DNA of 58,739 nt from Geosiphon pyriformis uo1 (GCA_016748015.1 JAAOMT010000397.1:9581-68319); one strand, 5' to 3'. Positions 25,178-39,324 are shown, counted from the first letter of the stretch. Translations and numbers: made by a program. Notes: generated from the sequence alone by a model not told the origin.

Positions 25178-27405
25178 TACAAATTGAGTTATTAATTAAA
25201 TAATAATATTTAATAATTTGGTTAAAATAATAAATAATAAATAAAATAATATTAATATATACTAAATATAATAAGAATTATAAGAGTAATTTTATGTTAT
25301 TTAATAGTTAAAATTCTACTGGTAACATAACTTTTTTCTTAAAACTGAGCTCTATTGAAGTTTAAACATTATCTGTAATTTCGAGATAGTAATTCAAGAT
25401 TATTAAAGTAATTTGGTTCAAAAATTATTAAAATTTTAGTTCAGTAAGCTTTTTATATATTGAATTTTTATTGGTTAAAGTATTAGATTTTGCAGGACAT
25501 TTTCACAAGTATTGAATAAATTGTAGAGTTTTAAAGGTGCTCTGAGTTTGTTGTAAGCATTTGTTAATTCAGCTATTGTTTTAAATTCATTGTGTATTTG
25601 CTTTTATATAGCTTCAAAAATAAGATTGATTGCTTTAAGTTTTAGTTTCTGTTGGTACAGTGTTTTTTCAATTTGGAAATATTGATAATTAGGAATATAT
25701 TTACTGCTTTTATTAAAACATATTTGAAGATTTTGTTATTAGTTTTTTCAGTTCAAAAGAAAATATTGCAATGAACAATTTGTTTTCTATGATATTAATA
25801 GATAAAATATTGTTGGTGAGTATTTTCTTGGTTTTTAAGTTGTTGAATGAATTGTTTGCTAGAAAATTTAAATAGTTCTGAGAATTTGAGTTTTGGGTGT
25901 ATCCACTTTCCAAATTTTTTGGACATAATTCTAATAACTAATTTAATAAGCTGAAAACTGGTTAGTATATAATTATTGCGAATCTCTAGTTCTGTTATAT
26001 CTAGATAATTTTTGGTCTTTGGCTTTTGTTTAATGTTGACACAGTATTTTGGAGTGGTATTTGAATTTGTTGAGATTGATAAATTATTTGTGGCTGTAGT
26101 TAATATATTATTGGTGCTGAAGTTTAATAAACTGGAAGTAAGTATATTAATTATTATATTATTGGAGTATAAAAAGGCTAATACTAATATTGTTCTTAAT
26201 TTGAAACGTAATTCATAGTTTGAAATCTGTAATCAAAGTTTCAATATTAATTTTTTGATTGTTGGTTATTGAATTTAAAATGACAATCTGCTTTTAGATA
26301 GTCTTGTTTATCACAATAGTAGTAATTACATATCTTTTATTGTCATGATTGATTTGTCAATAATAATAATATTAGATATGACTAATTCTGGAAATAAATA
26401 GAATTTTCTTGATTTTTACAATGTTATAGAGACTGATAAATGCCTTGGTTGTTAGTTAAGTATCCCTCAATTTTCTAATTGATGGCTTTACTAAATTGCA
26501 TTAATTTGGTATCCAATTCAGATAATCTGTTCTTTACTAAATTTACAGCTTAAATGTAATTGGCTTCAAGTTTAACTGATTCAAAATTTCGGATGTATAT
26601 AACTGTATTTTGAAAAGTATTTAAGTATATTAAACATACTTATTGTAAAAAATTACTTTAAAATTCATGAATAAATTGGTTTAAAATTTGTGCTGTTGTA
26701 AAATAATTAGCTTGAATTATCTAGATTTAATGCAGATTCCCTTAAAAGTATTTTAAATAAGTGATGACTGTTTTAATATTATCTTGTTTAATAGTATTAA
26801 AGCTAGTTAACAGACAATTGATACTATTGTTATTACTAAAATACTAGAGAAATATGATTTTAAATGTATCAAAATCTTGAGGTTTGTTTACAAGATTCTG
26901 ATATTATAAATTGGTAGTGTCTTATAAAAAATAGAAAATTGCTTAAAAGGCTTTGGTGCCATTCTATCTATTGGCTGTAATGATTTTTGCTATATTATTT
27001 AGCCATATTTCAGTGTTGTTTTCTTTGCTAGTAAACTTTTCAAGTTTTACAATTAGTATGTAGGCCATTAGTATTAGTAATAATAGTAATGGTAATAGTA
27101 ATTGTTGTTGTTGTTGTGGTTGTTGTTAAGGTTATTGTTATATAGTAATTAATACAACTGATAGATTAATAACAATAACTAAGAATAAGTCTTAGTGAAT
27201 AATAAAAGTAGAGTTTAGAATATTCAGATTTTGCAGAGTTTAAACAATTAGAGTTATAATTTCTGGATTAATTGGAATCAAGTTTTGATTATTATTTCTC
27301 TGCTTGCTGTTTTTTTTTTTAATTTGGTATCTTCTTAATAACTAATAGATTCAAAATTTGGTTAAATTGGCAGTAATTAAAGTCCTAATAGTATTGTTAG
27401 TTGTA
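25178..27405 (-). mobile_element. Composite Gypsy remnant: family B-type gag joined to family A-type ORF3/PPT/3' LTR
   Basis: 25178-25327 matches the A LTR start, PPT at 25328-25345, ORF3 to ~25735. Beyond that the sequence matches B gag (knuckle ~26285-26330; similar to 22000-23380). Confidence 0.7.
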
Positions 27406-28290
27406 NNNNNNNNNNNNNNNNNNNNNNNNNNNNNNNNNNNNNNNNNNNNNNNNNNNNNNNNNNNNNNNNNNNNNNNNNNNNNNNNNNNNNNNNNNNNNNN
27501 NNNNNNNNNNNNNNNNNNNNNNNNNNNNNNNNNNNNNNNNNNNNNNNNNNNNNNNNNNNNNNNNNNNNNNNNNNNNNNNNNNNNNNNNNNNNNNNNNNNN
27601 NNNNNNNNNNNNNNNNNNNNNNNNNNNNNNNNNNNNNNNNNNNNNNNNNNNNNNNNNNNNNNNNNNNNNNNNNNNNNNNNNNNNNNNNNNNNNNNNNNNN
27701 NNNNNNNNNNNNNNNNNNNNNNNNNNNNNNNNNNNNNNNNNNNNNNNNNNNNNNNNNNNNNNNNNNNNNNNNNNNNNNNNNNNNNNNNNNNNNNNNNNNN
27801 NNNNNNNNNNNNNNNNNNNNNNNNNNNNNNNNNNNNNNNNNNNNNNNNNNNNNNNNNNNNNNNNNNNNNNNNNNNNNNNNNNNNNNNNNNNNNNNNNNNN
27901 NNNNNNNNNNNNNNNNNNNNNNNNNNNNNNNNNNNNNNNNNNNNNNNNNNNNNNNNNNNNNNNNNNNNNNNNNNNNNNNNNNNNNNNNNNNNNNNNNNNN
28001 NNNNNNNNNNNNNNNNNNNNNNNNNNNNNNNNNNNNNNNNNNNNNNNNNNNNNNNNNNNNNNNNNNNNNNNNNNNNNNNNNNNNNNNNNNNNNNNNNNNN
28101 NNNNNNNNNNNNNNNNNNNNNNNNNNNNNNNNNNNNNNNNNNNNNNNNNNNNNNNNNNNNNNNNNNNNNNNNNNNNNNNNNNNNNNNNNNNNNNNNNNNN
28201 NNNNNNNNNNNNNNNNNNNNNNNNNNNNNNNNNNNNNNNNNNNNNNNNNNNNNNNNNNNNNNNNNNNNNNNNNNNNNNNNNNNNNNNNNN
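27406..28290. other. Assembly gap
   Basis: Run of N. Confidence 1.
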
Positions 28291-30069
28291 AAATGTATTT
28301 TTAGTTTGCCAAAATTATAGCAAAAAGAAAAGTACAAGTTTAAAGACTAGTACTACAACAAGTTATATAAAAAAAAAGCTTTTTTTCAAGAAAATGTATC
28401 TTATTTCAGATATCTTAAGTAGAATCAATTATCTTTTACACATCTTTAAAAAATTAAATAAAAATCAAATATTCAAACCCAAAAATTTTTAATAATTATA
28501 TCTGAAATTCCCAAAACCTAACTAACGTTTTTGAAATTGATTAACTATCAATTTCAATAATTTGTTAGTAATTCCAGGTCTAGATAAAAAACGTTTCTCT
28601 TAACAAAATTCTATTTCTTTTATATTTTTTTTATTTTCTTTTATTTTTTTATTATAATTATTAAGGTAGTCTACAAACAAAATTTCTGTAGAAGTGTTAT
28701 AGCAAAGTAGCTATACATTTTAATGAGTTTTCAGATGAGCAATTTCTAAGAAAGAGTTAATATTTACTACAATGTAATTACACAAAGTAATTGGCATAGA
28801 ATTGGTCATTCTATTTATAAGACCAGCAGTTTAAATAATAAGAGATAATTTGAAGATAAATTTAGTTATTAAAGGTTTAACTACTTCTTAAAAACGTAAA
28901 TTCACAGCAAACAAACATTAACAACATTCAGTAAAAAAGACCAAAAACCTTTGATAACATTTGGTGCTCTCTCACAAAAACAACACAGCAACAACAAAAT
29001 TCAAAGTAACAATTCTAGCAGATACAACTATTTTAGAGTATTATCAATCAATTTATATTTATTACAAGCAGAAATTTAACATTCAAGACAGAATTGAAAT
29101 TTTTAAGAAAAAACTCTACTAGTACATTAAAAACTGCATCAACAATTATCTTTTTAGAAACTATAACATCTTAGAAGTCAAACACAATCTATATAAAAAC
29201 CTGCTAAACTATTTTTGTCTAAACACTAAAGATTTCAATAATCAAACATTTAATACTTACTTTTAAAAACTTAACTACAATATCATTCAATATTGTGAAA
29301 AAAAATACCCTGTATAATCTAAATTCTCTCTTGGTTTTAAATTAGAAATTAAAACAAGCAACAAAAACAAACAAAAATTGAAACAACACTTAAAAACCAC
29401 TTCAAACACTCTGAAAATACCAAAAATAACTGCCAACACTTGCAAACTTCAAAACAAGAAACCAGTATTAAACTTCCATTTTCAGTTACACTATTTTTAG
29501 CTTCACTTGCTCAATAGCAAACTCCAAACTTACTATTTATCTGGTTCTTAAGACTAGAAAATTTTCAGTCCTCTAAAAATTTTACTTAATAGCAAGAACC
29601 AATATCAACCAGTACTAATCTTCTTAATTACTTATAAAAAAATCAAAGTAATCTTTCAAAGAACTTAGAAAGTGAAGAAACCAAATTAAAACAAGAAAAA
29701 ACTTCCGAAAACAAAAAAAAAATAGCAACTACATATATTGCAAAAATTACTAAATTCACAAAAAAAGATGCTAACACTAGCTCACAAAAATGGCTTGACA
29801 AAGTCCAGAAAGCAGAAAATACAAACAGATAAAATGCAACAAGAATGCTAAAAGCAATTTTATACTTTCTCCAAAAAACAACAGAAAAATAGTTTGAAAA
29901 CTTAAATGAATTATTTGAAAACTGGCAAACATTCAAAGATGCTTTTTTACAACAAATTACTAACAACAATACCTCTATTACTCTCCAAAATTGCTTTTAC
30001 AATATTAAACAAAAATTATCTGAAACTTTCATGACTTATCTTGGAAGATTTAAAAATTTTTTTAGATAA
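28291..30069 (+). mobile_element. Family A Gypsy 5' part (LTR to 28959, PBS 28962, gag), cut by a family B insertion
   Basis: Inverted copy of ~18700-20460; LTR end TGATAACA-tt-TGGTGCTCTC. Confidence 0.85.
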
Positions 30070-33000
30070 TGTTACAGATAATTATTTGGAGTTTCAAAGC
30101 AAATAACAAATCTGTAACTTGGTGCTTAATAGCTGATATAATAGTAATATCTGAAAGTTGTAGTGATTTGAAGAATTTTAGTAATTTGAAGATTTTGGTT
30201 GAGTTCTTTATATAATGAACAGTGATTCAATAGTTGTTTTTAGTAGACTTCTAAAATTGCAATTCTGCCAAATTTTTTTCTTAGCATAGTAGCCAGTAAT
30301 TTTTCTGGTAAGCTATTTTTGATTCTGTGAGTATTCTACCCTTGTTTTACAGATTTTTTACCAGTCTTTTTGATGTTGATAATTCTACACATTGATTCTT
30401 AATCAATTAGTAAACAACAAAACAAATAAAAAAAATTAAAAAAATTAATTCAAGACAATTAAGTTAGTATTCCATTAATAGTCATGATCAAGAGCTATTG
30501 TTCCAGCATAGTTAAATATTGACAGCTATTAACATAAAGTATTGATAGTTTAGAGTTTGATGAATATTTTTTAATCAAACAATAACAACATAAATTAGAT
30601 ATAGATAAGTATTTTATTGATAATTTGATGATTTTATTTTAGCAAATATAAACTATTCTTAAAGCAATTAGAAAATAGATAAAAAGGGAAGTCCAAACTA
30701 AGAAGTCTGTCTTTTTTGCTTCTAATATTACTGCTATATATACAAATTTGAAATTTCTCAATTCCTCAATTTTTTTCACTAAGAATTCTGCAATTCCTAG
30801 AATTCTGCAATTTTTTAAGAAGAATTCTGAAATTCTGAAATCCTGTGATTTTTTGTATAAGAATCCTGTAATTTCTGAAATCCTAAAATTCCTCTAAAAA
30901 GAATCCTAGAATTCCATATTTTACTATGTCTACTTCTGATTAGCTAATATATATACTACTATGATTTTTATATTTTATGAGTAATATTATTTTTTTCTTT
31001 TAATATTGAGCTCTGTCAAAATTCTTGAACTTTCTTAATTTTTTTTTTTTAATTATTTCTTGGACTTTTTTTTCAAGAATTACCTGTGTTATTTTGGTCT
31101 GTAATTTTTTAAATTAGGCATTAGTTATTTTACTCATTTGATTAGTAATAACTGTATTTATTATTGTGTTAAGTAGTATTTTTAGTCAGTCTTAAAATTT
31201 AGCATATAATCAATAGATAGCTTATGTTTGTATTGTTAGATTGTTTTTTCTCACAAATTGCTTAAGTTATTATAGTATTGTTATGTCAAATAATTGTTTT
31301 GTTTTATCTGTATATAAATTCTGAATATTCAGATATTGTCTTAAGTAGAAATAACAAAAGTTTCTTGAAAATTAATGTATTTACCAATTCCATGTTTTTT
31401 TTGTCAACTCTTGATATAGTATAACTTTTGTTTGTTCTTTTTTTGCTGATTTTACTTTTATGATTATCTTGTCAATAATGTTTTTTAGTTTTCTCTGTAC
31501 TTCATATTGGGGTCTCTTTCTTGTATCTTTATATTAAATGGTTTGTTGGTTAATTGTAATTTTCATATGTTGTTATTGAATTAATTGAAAAAATTATTGA
31601 GCCGATATGTAAATATTATCAGTAATTTCTATTTTTTTGATATTTTTTGTTACATTTTAACTCTTTATATAGAGTTTTGATGTTTTAATTTAACATATTT
31701 ATGTTGATAATTATTATTAGTTCTAGATCTTATAGAATCTTTTCTGGTTGAACTAGTATTTTCTGTATTTTCAATTGTGAAATATCATAAATAGATAATA
31801 ATACTATATTGTGATAGAGTTTTAGTCAATCACTATACATTGTTTTGATTAAAATTTTGTTGTTCTATCTTAATTTATAAGCTTTATTTCCTAGAATTTC
31901 TTCTATGTAAAATGGTTTGTCCTATTTGAGATCAAATTTTCTATTCTATTGTTTTTTTGCTTTAATATAATGTAAGAATACTTTGTCTTCAATCCTAAAT
32001 TAAACTAGTTTGTCTGGTAATTGGTTATTGTGTCTTTCTTTTTATTTTTTTTGTGATTTTTGTATATTATTAACTGCTTTTTACTATTTGTTTTCTAGAG
32101 TTTCCATTAAGTTATATGTTCTTTTCAATAATATTTCTTTGGAAATTGTCTTCTGTTATTGGTTTAGTTGGATATGTCTTGACTTCTATTTCAACTGGTA
32201 GTGTTGTTGTTCTACTATATATTAATTGAAATAATGCTGTTTGTATAGTGTCTTGCTTTATTGTCCAATAAGCAAATAATATTAATAGTATAAATAAATC
32301 TTATTTGTCTTGGTTTTTTTGACTGATTTTAGTAATTGCTTCATACAGTATTCTATTGAATTTATCAACTAAGCCATTAGTTTGTTAATAATATAGTAAT
32401 GATAGTGGTCATTTAATTCCAAATTTTTAACTTAATTCTACCAATGTTCTGTTTACAAAGTAAGTTTCTTGGTCTGATAACTATTTTTTTGGACATCTGT
32501 GTTAACATATTAAGTCTTGATGAATAAATTCAGCTATAGATTTTGCATCTGCTCTTTGAATTGTTTTTGCTTTTGGTTATTTTGTGAAATAGTCTATAGT
32601 TACTACAATATATTTGTTTCCTTTGCTGGTAATTGTCAGTAGTTTGAATAAGTCAATTTCAACGTGATCAAATAATTGTCCTATTTTAATTGGTTTCAAT
32701 GGCTTGTTAAGTCTTGTTTCTTCTTTTCTTTAACAAGTATCACAATTTTGAATTTATTGGATGATATTTGAATATATTAATAGCCAATAGTATCTTTTTC
32801 TGGTTTTTTTTATGGTTGCTTCTTTATAAAAATGTCCTGTCATTGGATCTGAGTGCATATTAAATAGTATTGTTTCTTTCTTTGGTTCTGTGATTACTCT
32901 GAATAGTTGGTCTGGATCCTTTTTTTTTTTGATATAATATATTTTGGTAGTTAATAAAATATTTGGATTATTGTTTTATGTTGCTTTGTTCTTTTTGAGA

Positions 33001-33436
33001 TAATTTTTCCTTAAACAATTGAATATCAATATATTGTTAGAGTTGTTGATATTTTTGTGTATTCATCTTTTGTTATATTTTTGAGTTGAAATGTTCTTAG
33101 ATTTGTTTTATTCATAACAAACTGTTGGCATTTTCATTTTTTTTTTCTTTTTTATAATGTACTGTATAATTAAATAGTAAAAGCTCTATTTTTATCTTAT
33201 ATGTTAATTGTCTTTGTAATTAGTATATACGTTAAACTTTTGGCTCAAATATTCCTTTTATTTAATAACTGCCCAATAAATAGTTAAGTTTTTAGTGCTG
33301 GTGTTCCATAGTTTTTTTCTGCTAGACTCAAATTTCAGATGACATATACTACTAAATGTTCTCTTCCATTCAATCTTTTTTAAGATAATACAGCTCTTAA
33401 TATTTGACTTAATACATCAGTAGTGATAATGAATGA
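30070..33436 (-). mobile_element. Family B Gypsy 3' part (RNase H, integrase, ORF3, PPT, 3' LTR 30070-30986)
   Basis: The LTR matches 21092-21846 and 33437-34373. Integrase motifs HSDPMTGHF, RYYWL, CDTC, FDHVEIDL, YIVVTIDYFTK, LSDQ, QTNGLVDKFN are present. Interrupted at 33437. Confidence 0.85.
31020..31570 (-). pseudogene. Family B extra ORF (ORF3) downstream of integrase
   Basis: Decayed frame ending ..Y*LYAKF....ILLNTIINTVITNQMSKITNA*FKKLQTKITQVILE, which aligns by eye with the family A ORF3 C-terminus. Confidence 0.55.
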
Positions 33437-33932
33437 TATTACTCATAGAATATTGGAAATATAGTATTATTAGTCAGTAAATATTAGCCAATCAGATGTA
33501 GACGTAATAAATGTGGAATTCCAAGATTCTTTTTAGAAGAATTGCAAGATTCCAGAAATTTCAGAATTCTCTGATAAGGAATCACAAGATTCCAGGAATT
33601 TCAGAATTCCTGTCGCAAGAAATTGAGGAATTGAGGAATCTCAAATATATATATATAGCAGTAGCATTAGAAGCAGAAAAGAGAGAATCAACACTAAGAA
33701 TTCTTAGCTTAGTTATCACAATCCTCAAAAAAATAATTATTTACTATATCAAATTTATTCTTCACTATCAACATTTCATGTTGATAGTAACTGATACTTA
33801 ACCATACTAAAACAATAGCTCTTGATCATGGCTATTAACAGGATACTAATTTGCAAATTGCCTTGGCTTATTTCTTAGTTTCTCTTTTATTTTTTTTTGT
33901 TTTCTTTGTTGTCTACTAACTTGATTAAATGA

Positions 33933-34105
33933 TTTACTCTTGAAGGACTTATGGAGTAATAAAACTTACTTAAAACAATACTTACTCTTGGAGGACTTAT
34001 GAAGGAATAAAACTTACTTAAAACAATACTTATTCTTAGAGAACTTACAGAGGAATAAACTTGCTTAAAACAATATTTACTCTTGGAGGACTTACAGAGG
34101 AACTG
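33933..34105 (+). repeat. ~48-bp tandem repeat (about 3.6 units) inside the LTR
   Basis: The unit yttactcttggaggacttayrgaggaataaaacttacttaaaacaata is repeated head to tail. Confidence 0.9.
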
Positions 34106-34375
34106 CCATCAGAAAACAGCACTGGTATATACTTATGAAGAATATCATACTAAGAAAATCATCAATCATCAAGCTGAGCAAGCAATCGACAAAACTACAG
34201 TTTCAGAAAACTACTGATAAACTGTTATCATTGAATCTCTGTCCATTATACAAAGAACTCGATTGGAAAACTTTCAGATAAAATACCTTCAAATTATCAT
34301 TGTTACCAATCACTTTGCGTACCAAGTTATGGATTTGTTATTCACTTGACACCCCAAGAATTCACCTGTAACATT

Positions 34376-34391
34376 TGGTGCTCCCTGTGAG
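34376..34391 (+). promoter_or_regulatory. Primer-binding site (tRNA 3' end ...CUCACAGGGAGCACCA; elongator Met or Ile candidate)
   Basis: TGGTGCTCCCTGTGAG lies 2 nt after the LTR; the tRNA identity is an inference. Confidence 0.8.
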
Positions 34392-35974
34392 ATATAATTC
34401 TACAGAGAACTAGCACTAACAAGAACAAACCAAAAGTGGCAGAATCAAAAAATATAGGAGCAAACCATTTAGGATTCGCGAAATTTTTGTTTCAACAATA
34501 CAGCCAACAATTAGAATTAAATAGTAATCATTACCCAGCCAAATCAGCCTTCAACTTCTATGTCAATGACAAAATCACTAAATCCTTAGGAAGAACAGTT
34601 AACATTGAAGCAGCAAGAGAAAACTTTTACACAGAATTATTCCAACACACCAACTTACCAAGGAACTATAGTTTTGTACCAATAATCAGAGAAATTAACC
34701 AAACTATTGAAAGATACACTTAACAACAATTTCCTATCATCTATGCAGATAAAGGCAAAGGAAGGTTACAAACACCAGCAATAATGCCTAAAGAGATACA
34801 ATTACCAACCTGAAAGAAACAAAGAATTAAATCCCCACCATATCCATCATATAATCACACACCCGGAAACACTATCAATATTTTATCTGCAGGTGCATTC
34901 ACATCAAACGCGACATTAATATTTGGACAATTCCCATTTCAAAGTAACAAAAGAAAGTGGAGTTATTAGAACCATATGGCGAATATTTTGAGAGATTTAA
35001 ATTGTGATCACCAACACCATTAGGAATTTAATCACTGCCATCTCCACCAGATTTTGGAATCTCTGATCCATGGAAGGTAACAGAATGAAAAAAAAGAAAC
35101 TGAGGATCAAGAATTTACTTACTAGAACCTGATCACTAAAAACCCAGAAATTGAAACCCTGAATCTTCAAAACCAGCAAAATTTAAATTCAGTAAATTCG
35201 GAAGTTGAAACTCCAAATATTCAAACACCACCAACTCAGGATAATCGAAACTCTGATTTAATTAATCAACCAAACTTACCTCTGGTAATTGTTATTGATC
35301 AATCACTAATTGATCCAATAGCTGAACCCATACAGCAGCCATTTCAACTACCACCTTAACAAAATCAACAACCACTTCAACAGCCACCACAACCATTCAA
35401 CTTAGACCCAATGGCCTATGCACCAATCGCAAAACTGGATAATTTCACCAGCAAAGAAGACGACGCTCAAGTATGGCTGAATGATGTAAAAAAAGCTATC
35501 GTAGCCAACGGATGGAATGACACCTGAGCAATGCAAGCCATTCCCTATTTTCTCAAAGATACTGCCGATTCATGGTATCAGAGCTTGATCAATAAACCAC
35601 AAGACTTCAATGCCTTCAAAGTGGAATTTTTAAGATACTTCAGCAACAATAAGAGAAACTGAAGCAGTCACTACTTACCTGGGATGCTTCCATAGAAATC
35701 TGTGCTAGATTCAAGTAATTAATGCCAACTATTTTACAGCACCACAGATCCTTAACCAGTTTATCTGTGGTCTGCGCAGCAGCATCTTGCAACATGTATG
35801 CCCATTGCATCTAGGCATCCTTCAAGATGCAATTATACATACCAGAGATTTCGAATCAGCTGAGTCCAAGGCCAACCACATCCAAGCTGTTAATCTAGTG
35901 ATAAATAGATCATCTGAATTAGACTCCAAATTGAAACAATTCAGTAATTCAATTAATCAGAAATTAGAAGAATA

Positions 35975-36546
35975 CTTCCTCTTGAATTGTTCCAAGTAAG
36001 AATCCTAGCTAGAGAGTAACCACCAAAAACATTAACTAAACCCAAACTTAAACATTTCCTAAGACTCGCCCCCTTGACTAAATTGTCTTCATTGAAGTCC
36101 CCATCCAAAACAACAAAAGAACTCCTATTGACAATATCAGCAATGAATGAATTAATAACAGAAGCCTGAGCAAAATGGTTACCACCAGACACACAAGCAT
36201 AAAGCCCAATAACAGACACAGAAAGCTTGTTTTTGAACAAAAGGCAAATTGAAAGAACCCTGCCCTTCACCTCCTCGACTTTGAAAACATGACGAGCCAG
36301 AGAATCATTCACAAAAATAGCCACACCAGTCCCACGAAACCCAACATCCAGACCAGATGTAAAAACCCGGACACCCTCAAATCTTTTCATAATCCATGGT
36401 TGTAAACTGGAACACAACTTGGTTTCCATAACAATCGAGATCGAACTACTAGATTCCTTATGCCAGCGATAAATGTCCTCCTGCTTTGCAAGATTGTTCA
36501 TTCCCCTAATATTACACATGGCAATTTTCCAAATAAAACTGGTCAT
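35975..36546 (-). pseudogene. LINE ORF2 N-terminus: APE-type endonuclease
   Basis: WKIAMCNIRGMN, METKL, GVAI, IGLYA, LDGDFNE, TWNNSRG. Confidence 0.9.
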
Positions 36547-38405
36547 TGTGATAAAGAGATAACTGAAGAACCCAAGCCAGCACATAACTGATCCAACTTA
36601 ACCAAAATTGAACCAATGGAGATGTTGAGGGCAACCAGCTTTGATTCCAGACCACCAACTTTGGAAGTCAGGACTTTGGAACTACTTGGACTCAATAGTG
36701 AACTGGTAACACCTGGAGAGAAAGAAGTAGGCTGGACAAAAGGATCATCAACCGCCATGTCAAAATCCAAGTCGGAATTTGCAACCACAAGAGAAACAGA
36801 GGTTGGGAACTGAAAAACTACCACAGAAGGAGCCAATTGAGAGGAAGGCACCAAAGGTGCTGAACTAATATTGTCAAGATGAGAAAAAATGTTCGAAATT
36901 TGTTCAGACATAAGCTCTACAGAGCATTCTAAAAGCGCTTAGTGAGCACTTAAAGGAGAATTGACCACAGGAAGAAGGGGGAGTACTCCACCTGAACTCA
37001 AATCACCGGAAGGCGGGGAACTGGAACCAAAACCAGCACGAAAACCATGAGAGACTGAAGCAACTGAGACCACTTGAGCCCAAGATTTGCCACCAAAGGC
37101 AACAGGATAAGAGATCGGCACATTTTTCTTCACATACAATTTGGCCAGCTAGAAACGAGTATCAGGGTTGGTAGGCCTTATAAAAAACTTTGAAGATTTG
37201 AAAGCTGATGCAACCTCAGCATCACATTCCAAGGCAGAATGACCAAACTTTCTACACTGTTCACAGTGAACCAAATCCAGCCTAGCCCATGAAAGTTTCA
37301 TACTACCAAGGATTGGTTCTGTGCAAAAAGCTGACTCCAAAATCTCATTAGAATCAAAACACACAACAGCACAGCAGACCCTATTACCAGTCTCCAATAA
37401 CCAATTTATAACACAAGTTTTTCCACCAGCCCCTTCAAGAAGATCCCCAAGATCATGAGCAGTAGTTCCCATTGGCAAAGTAAACAAAAGTGCCTTGAAC
37501 TGGTTCCTAGACACCCAAGTTTCATGGTTGCTCACCACCATAGTCACACAAACTGAGTCTTTACCAATCAGGAAGGACCACCTAGCAGTCAAAAACACAG
37601 CCTGTTCCAATTCGGCGAATTCCACCACAGTTTTTTGCCATAAACTAATCAACTGGATTTTGATTGACTTAATTTCTCCAAACTTGGATACTGCGGCGAC
37701 GATCATTTCTTTTGGCGTGTCCATGGGAATTTCCTTGATCACTAAAGCCCAATCTGAACATATTCTTTGTCTCTTAAGATCACTGTTTACAATGATGTTA
37801 TTTTCCCTGGCTAATGACACGGCTTTTTTCATGCTTGCTTCAGAGATGAAGATAGATCTAATGATCCCTTCAAATTTTGAGGGGGTAGTGGCCTCTCCAA
37901 AACCATTGATTTTTGAAAATAATTTTCTTATGGCATGAGTTTTGGCTGTCGCCGATTTCCCTTCCACAGCCGAAAGATTGACGTCCAAAGCAAAAGATTT
38001 TTTTACAGCTACTTCCACCTGAGTTTTAATGATTTTGGAATCAATCCACACCTTATCCAAAGAAAAAGTCTTACGGGGGAGAAGAAAAACCTCTTCTTTC
38101 TCTTCTATGTCGAAATTAATAGAGCTGAGAGAGGAGCCAACAATCGCACCATTATTGAAATGCTTGGCTTGGGGTGTATTCATCTTGGAATCGAATACTC
38201 CTTCACCTTTGGAAGCCTCCCCATCAGTATCTATGCTATTAAACTGCCTGACCACTTGACCAAATCTACTACCTTTGAGAACCACACCATTACTTGATAA
38301 CTTAGCACTACCAGGAGGTTTTTTGACCTTATGACTTGAACCACTACTAACTAAACCAGAAGTTGGAACTCTGGACGATCTTTTTTTAGCACCAGTACTA
38401 CTCAT
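36543..38405 (-). pseudogene. LINE ORF1 (RRM-like domains, CCHC knuckle, coiled coil), with in-frame stops
   Basis: ORFs 37149..38405, 36939..37139 and 36543..36911 share one frame; CEQCRKFGHSALEC. Confidence 0.88.
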
Positions 38406-39324
38406 AGAAGCAGCCAGGTCAACAACAAAAGGATTTGTTTCTTGTAAAGTGATGGAAAACAGTATGAAATAGCAGAAAAAATTTCTTTCGAAATACGCTT
38501 TTTGAGGATTTTTAGGAGGTAAAAGAGAAAGAAGTTTTTATAATTGTAAATTGAAAAAATTTATAAATTTTGAATTAAATTTTTTTAACTGTATTTTATT
38601 TTTTTATTTATGCAAAAATTATATTTAAATTCTTTTAAAAAATAACTAATTGTTAATATTAAATTTTTTTGAAAATATTTATATAATAATCTTATAAATT
38701 TTAAGTAATTTATTTTTATAAATTTTAATTTTGTTTTTTTGTTAAATAATTACTAATTATGTTTTATTTTTTATAAAATATATTTTACAAAAAACACCAA
38801 ATATTACAAATAGATAAATAAATAATTAATTTATAAGTTAGTACTATTAATTAATAAAATTAAAAATTTTATTAAATTTAAAATTTTGGTAATTAAGTTT
38901 TTTGTATAATAAACAAAGATTTAAGTAATAGTAATTAACAATATTTGGTATTGAATTTTTTTGGCATAATAATTGGTTTATTCTAATATTTTATATTTTT
39001 TTAATAAGTAATTTAATTATTAATAAGTAATTTTATATTTATTTTTATATTTTTTATCAAACAATTTTTAATCTTGTAATTTTGAAATTTTTTTAATTAA
39101 TTAAATAATTAAATAATAATACAAAATAAATAAATAAAAAGTTAATATTTTGTTAATAATTATAATTAAAAGTTATTGTTTTAATATTATTAGATTTTTT
39201 AAATAAGCATTATTAATATTGATTGTTTTAATAAGTTTAATATTAAAAATAAATAATTATTAATAAAATAGATTATAATTTATATATATATACAATTTTA
39301 ATAAATAATTTAATTTAATAATTG

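Larger units (their letters stand above)
33437..35975 (+). mobile_element. Family B Gypsy 5' part (LTR 33437-34373, PBS, gag), least decayed copy
   Basis: LTR end cctgtaaCA-tt-TGGTGCTCCCTGTGAG. Gag reads MAYAPIAKLDNF..EDDAQVWLNDVKKAIVANGWND..AMQAIPYFLKDTADSWY. Confidence 0.88.
35975..38535 (-). mobile_element. LINE, 5' part only (ORF1 + APE endonuclease; RT lost)
   Basis: Homologous to 51240-53700; pyrimidine-rich 5' end. Confidence 0.9.

Noticed and set aside
10591-28492. Long ORFs made of X (10591, 24892, 27351, 27358, 27401)
   Set aside because: Artefacts of N gaps.
33933-34105. CRISPR-like regularly spaced repeats
   Set aside because: The units are head-to-tail with no unique spacers, lie inside an LTR, and there are no cas genes; the context is eukaryotic.
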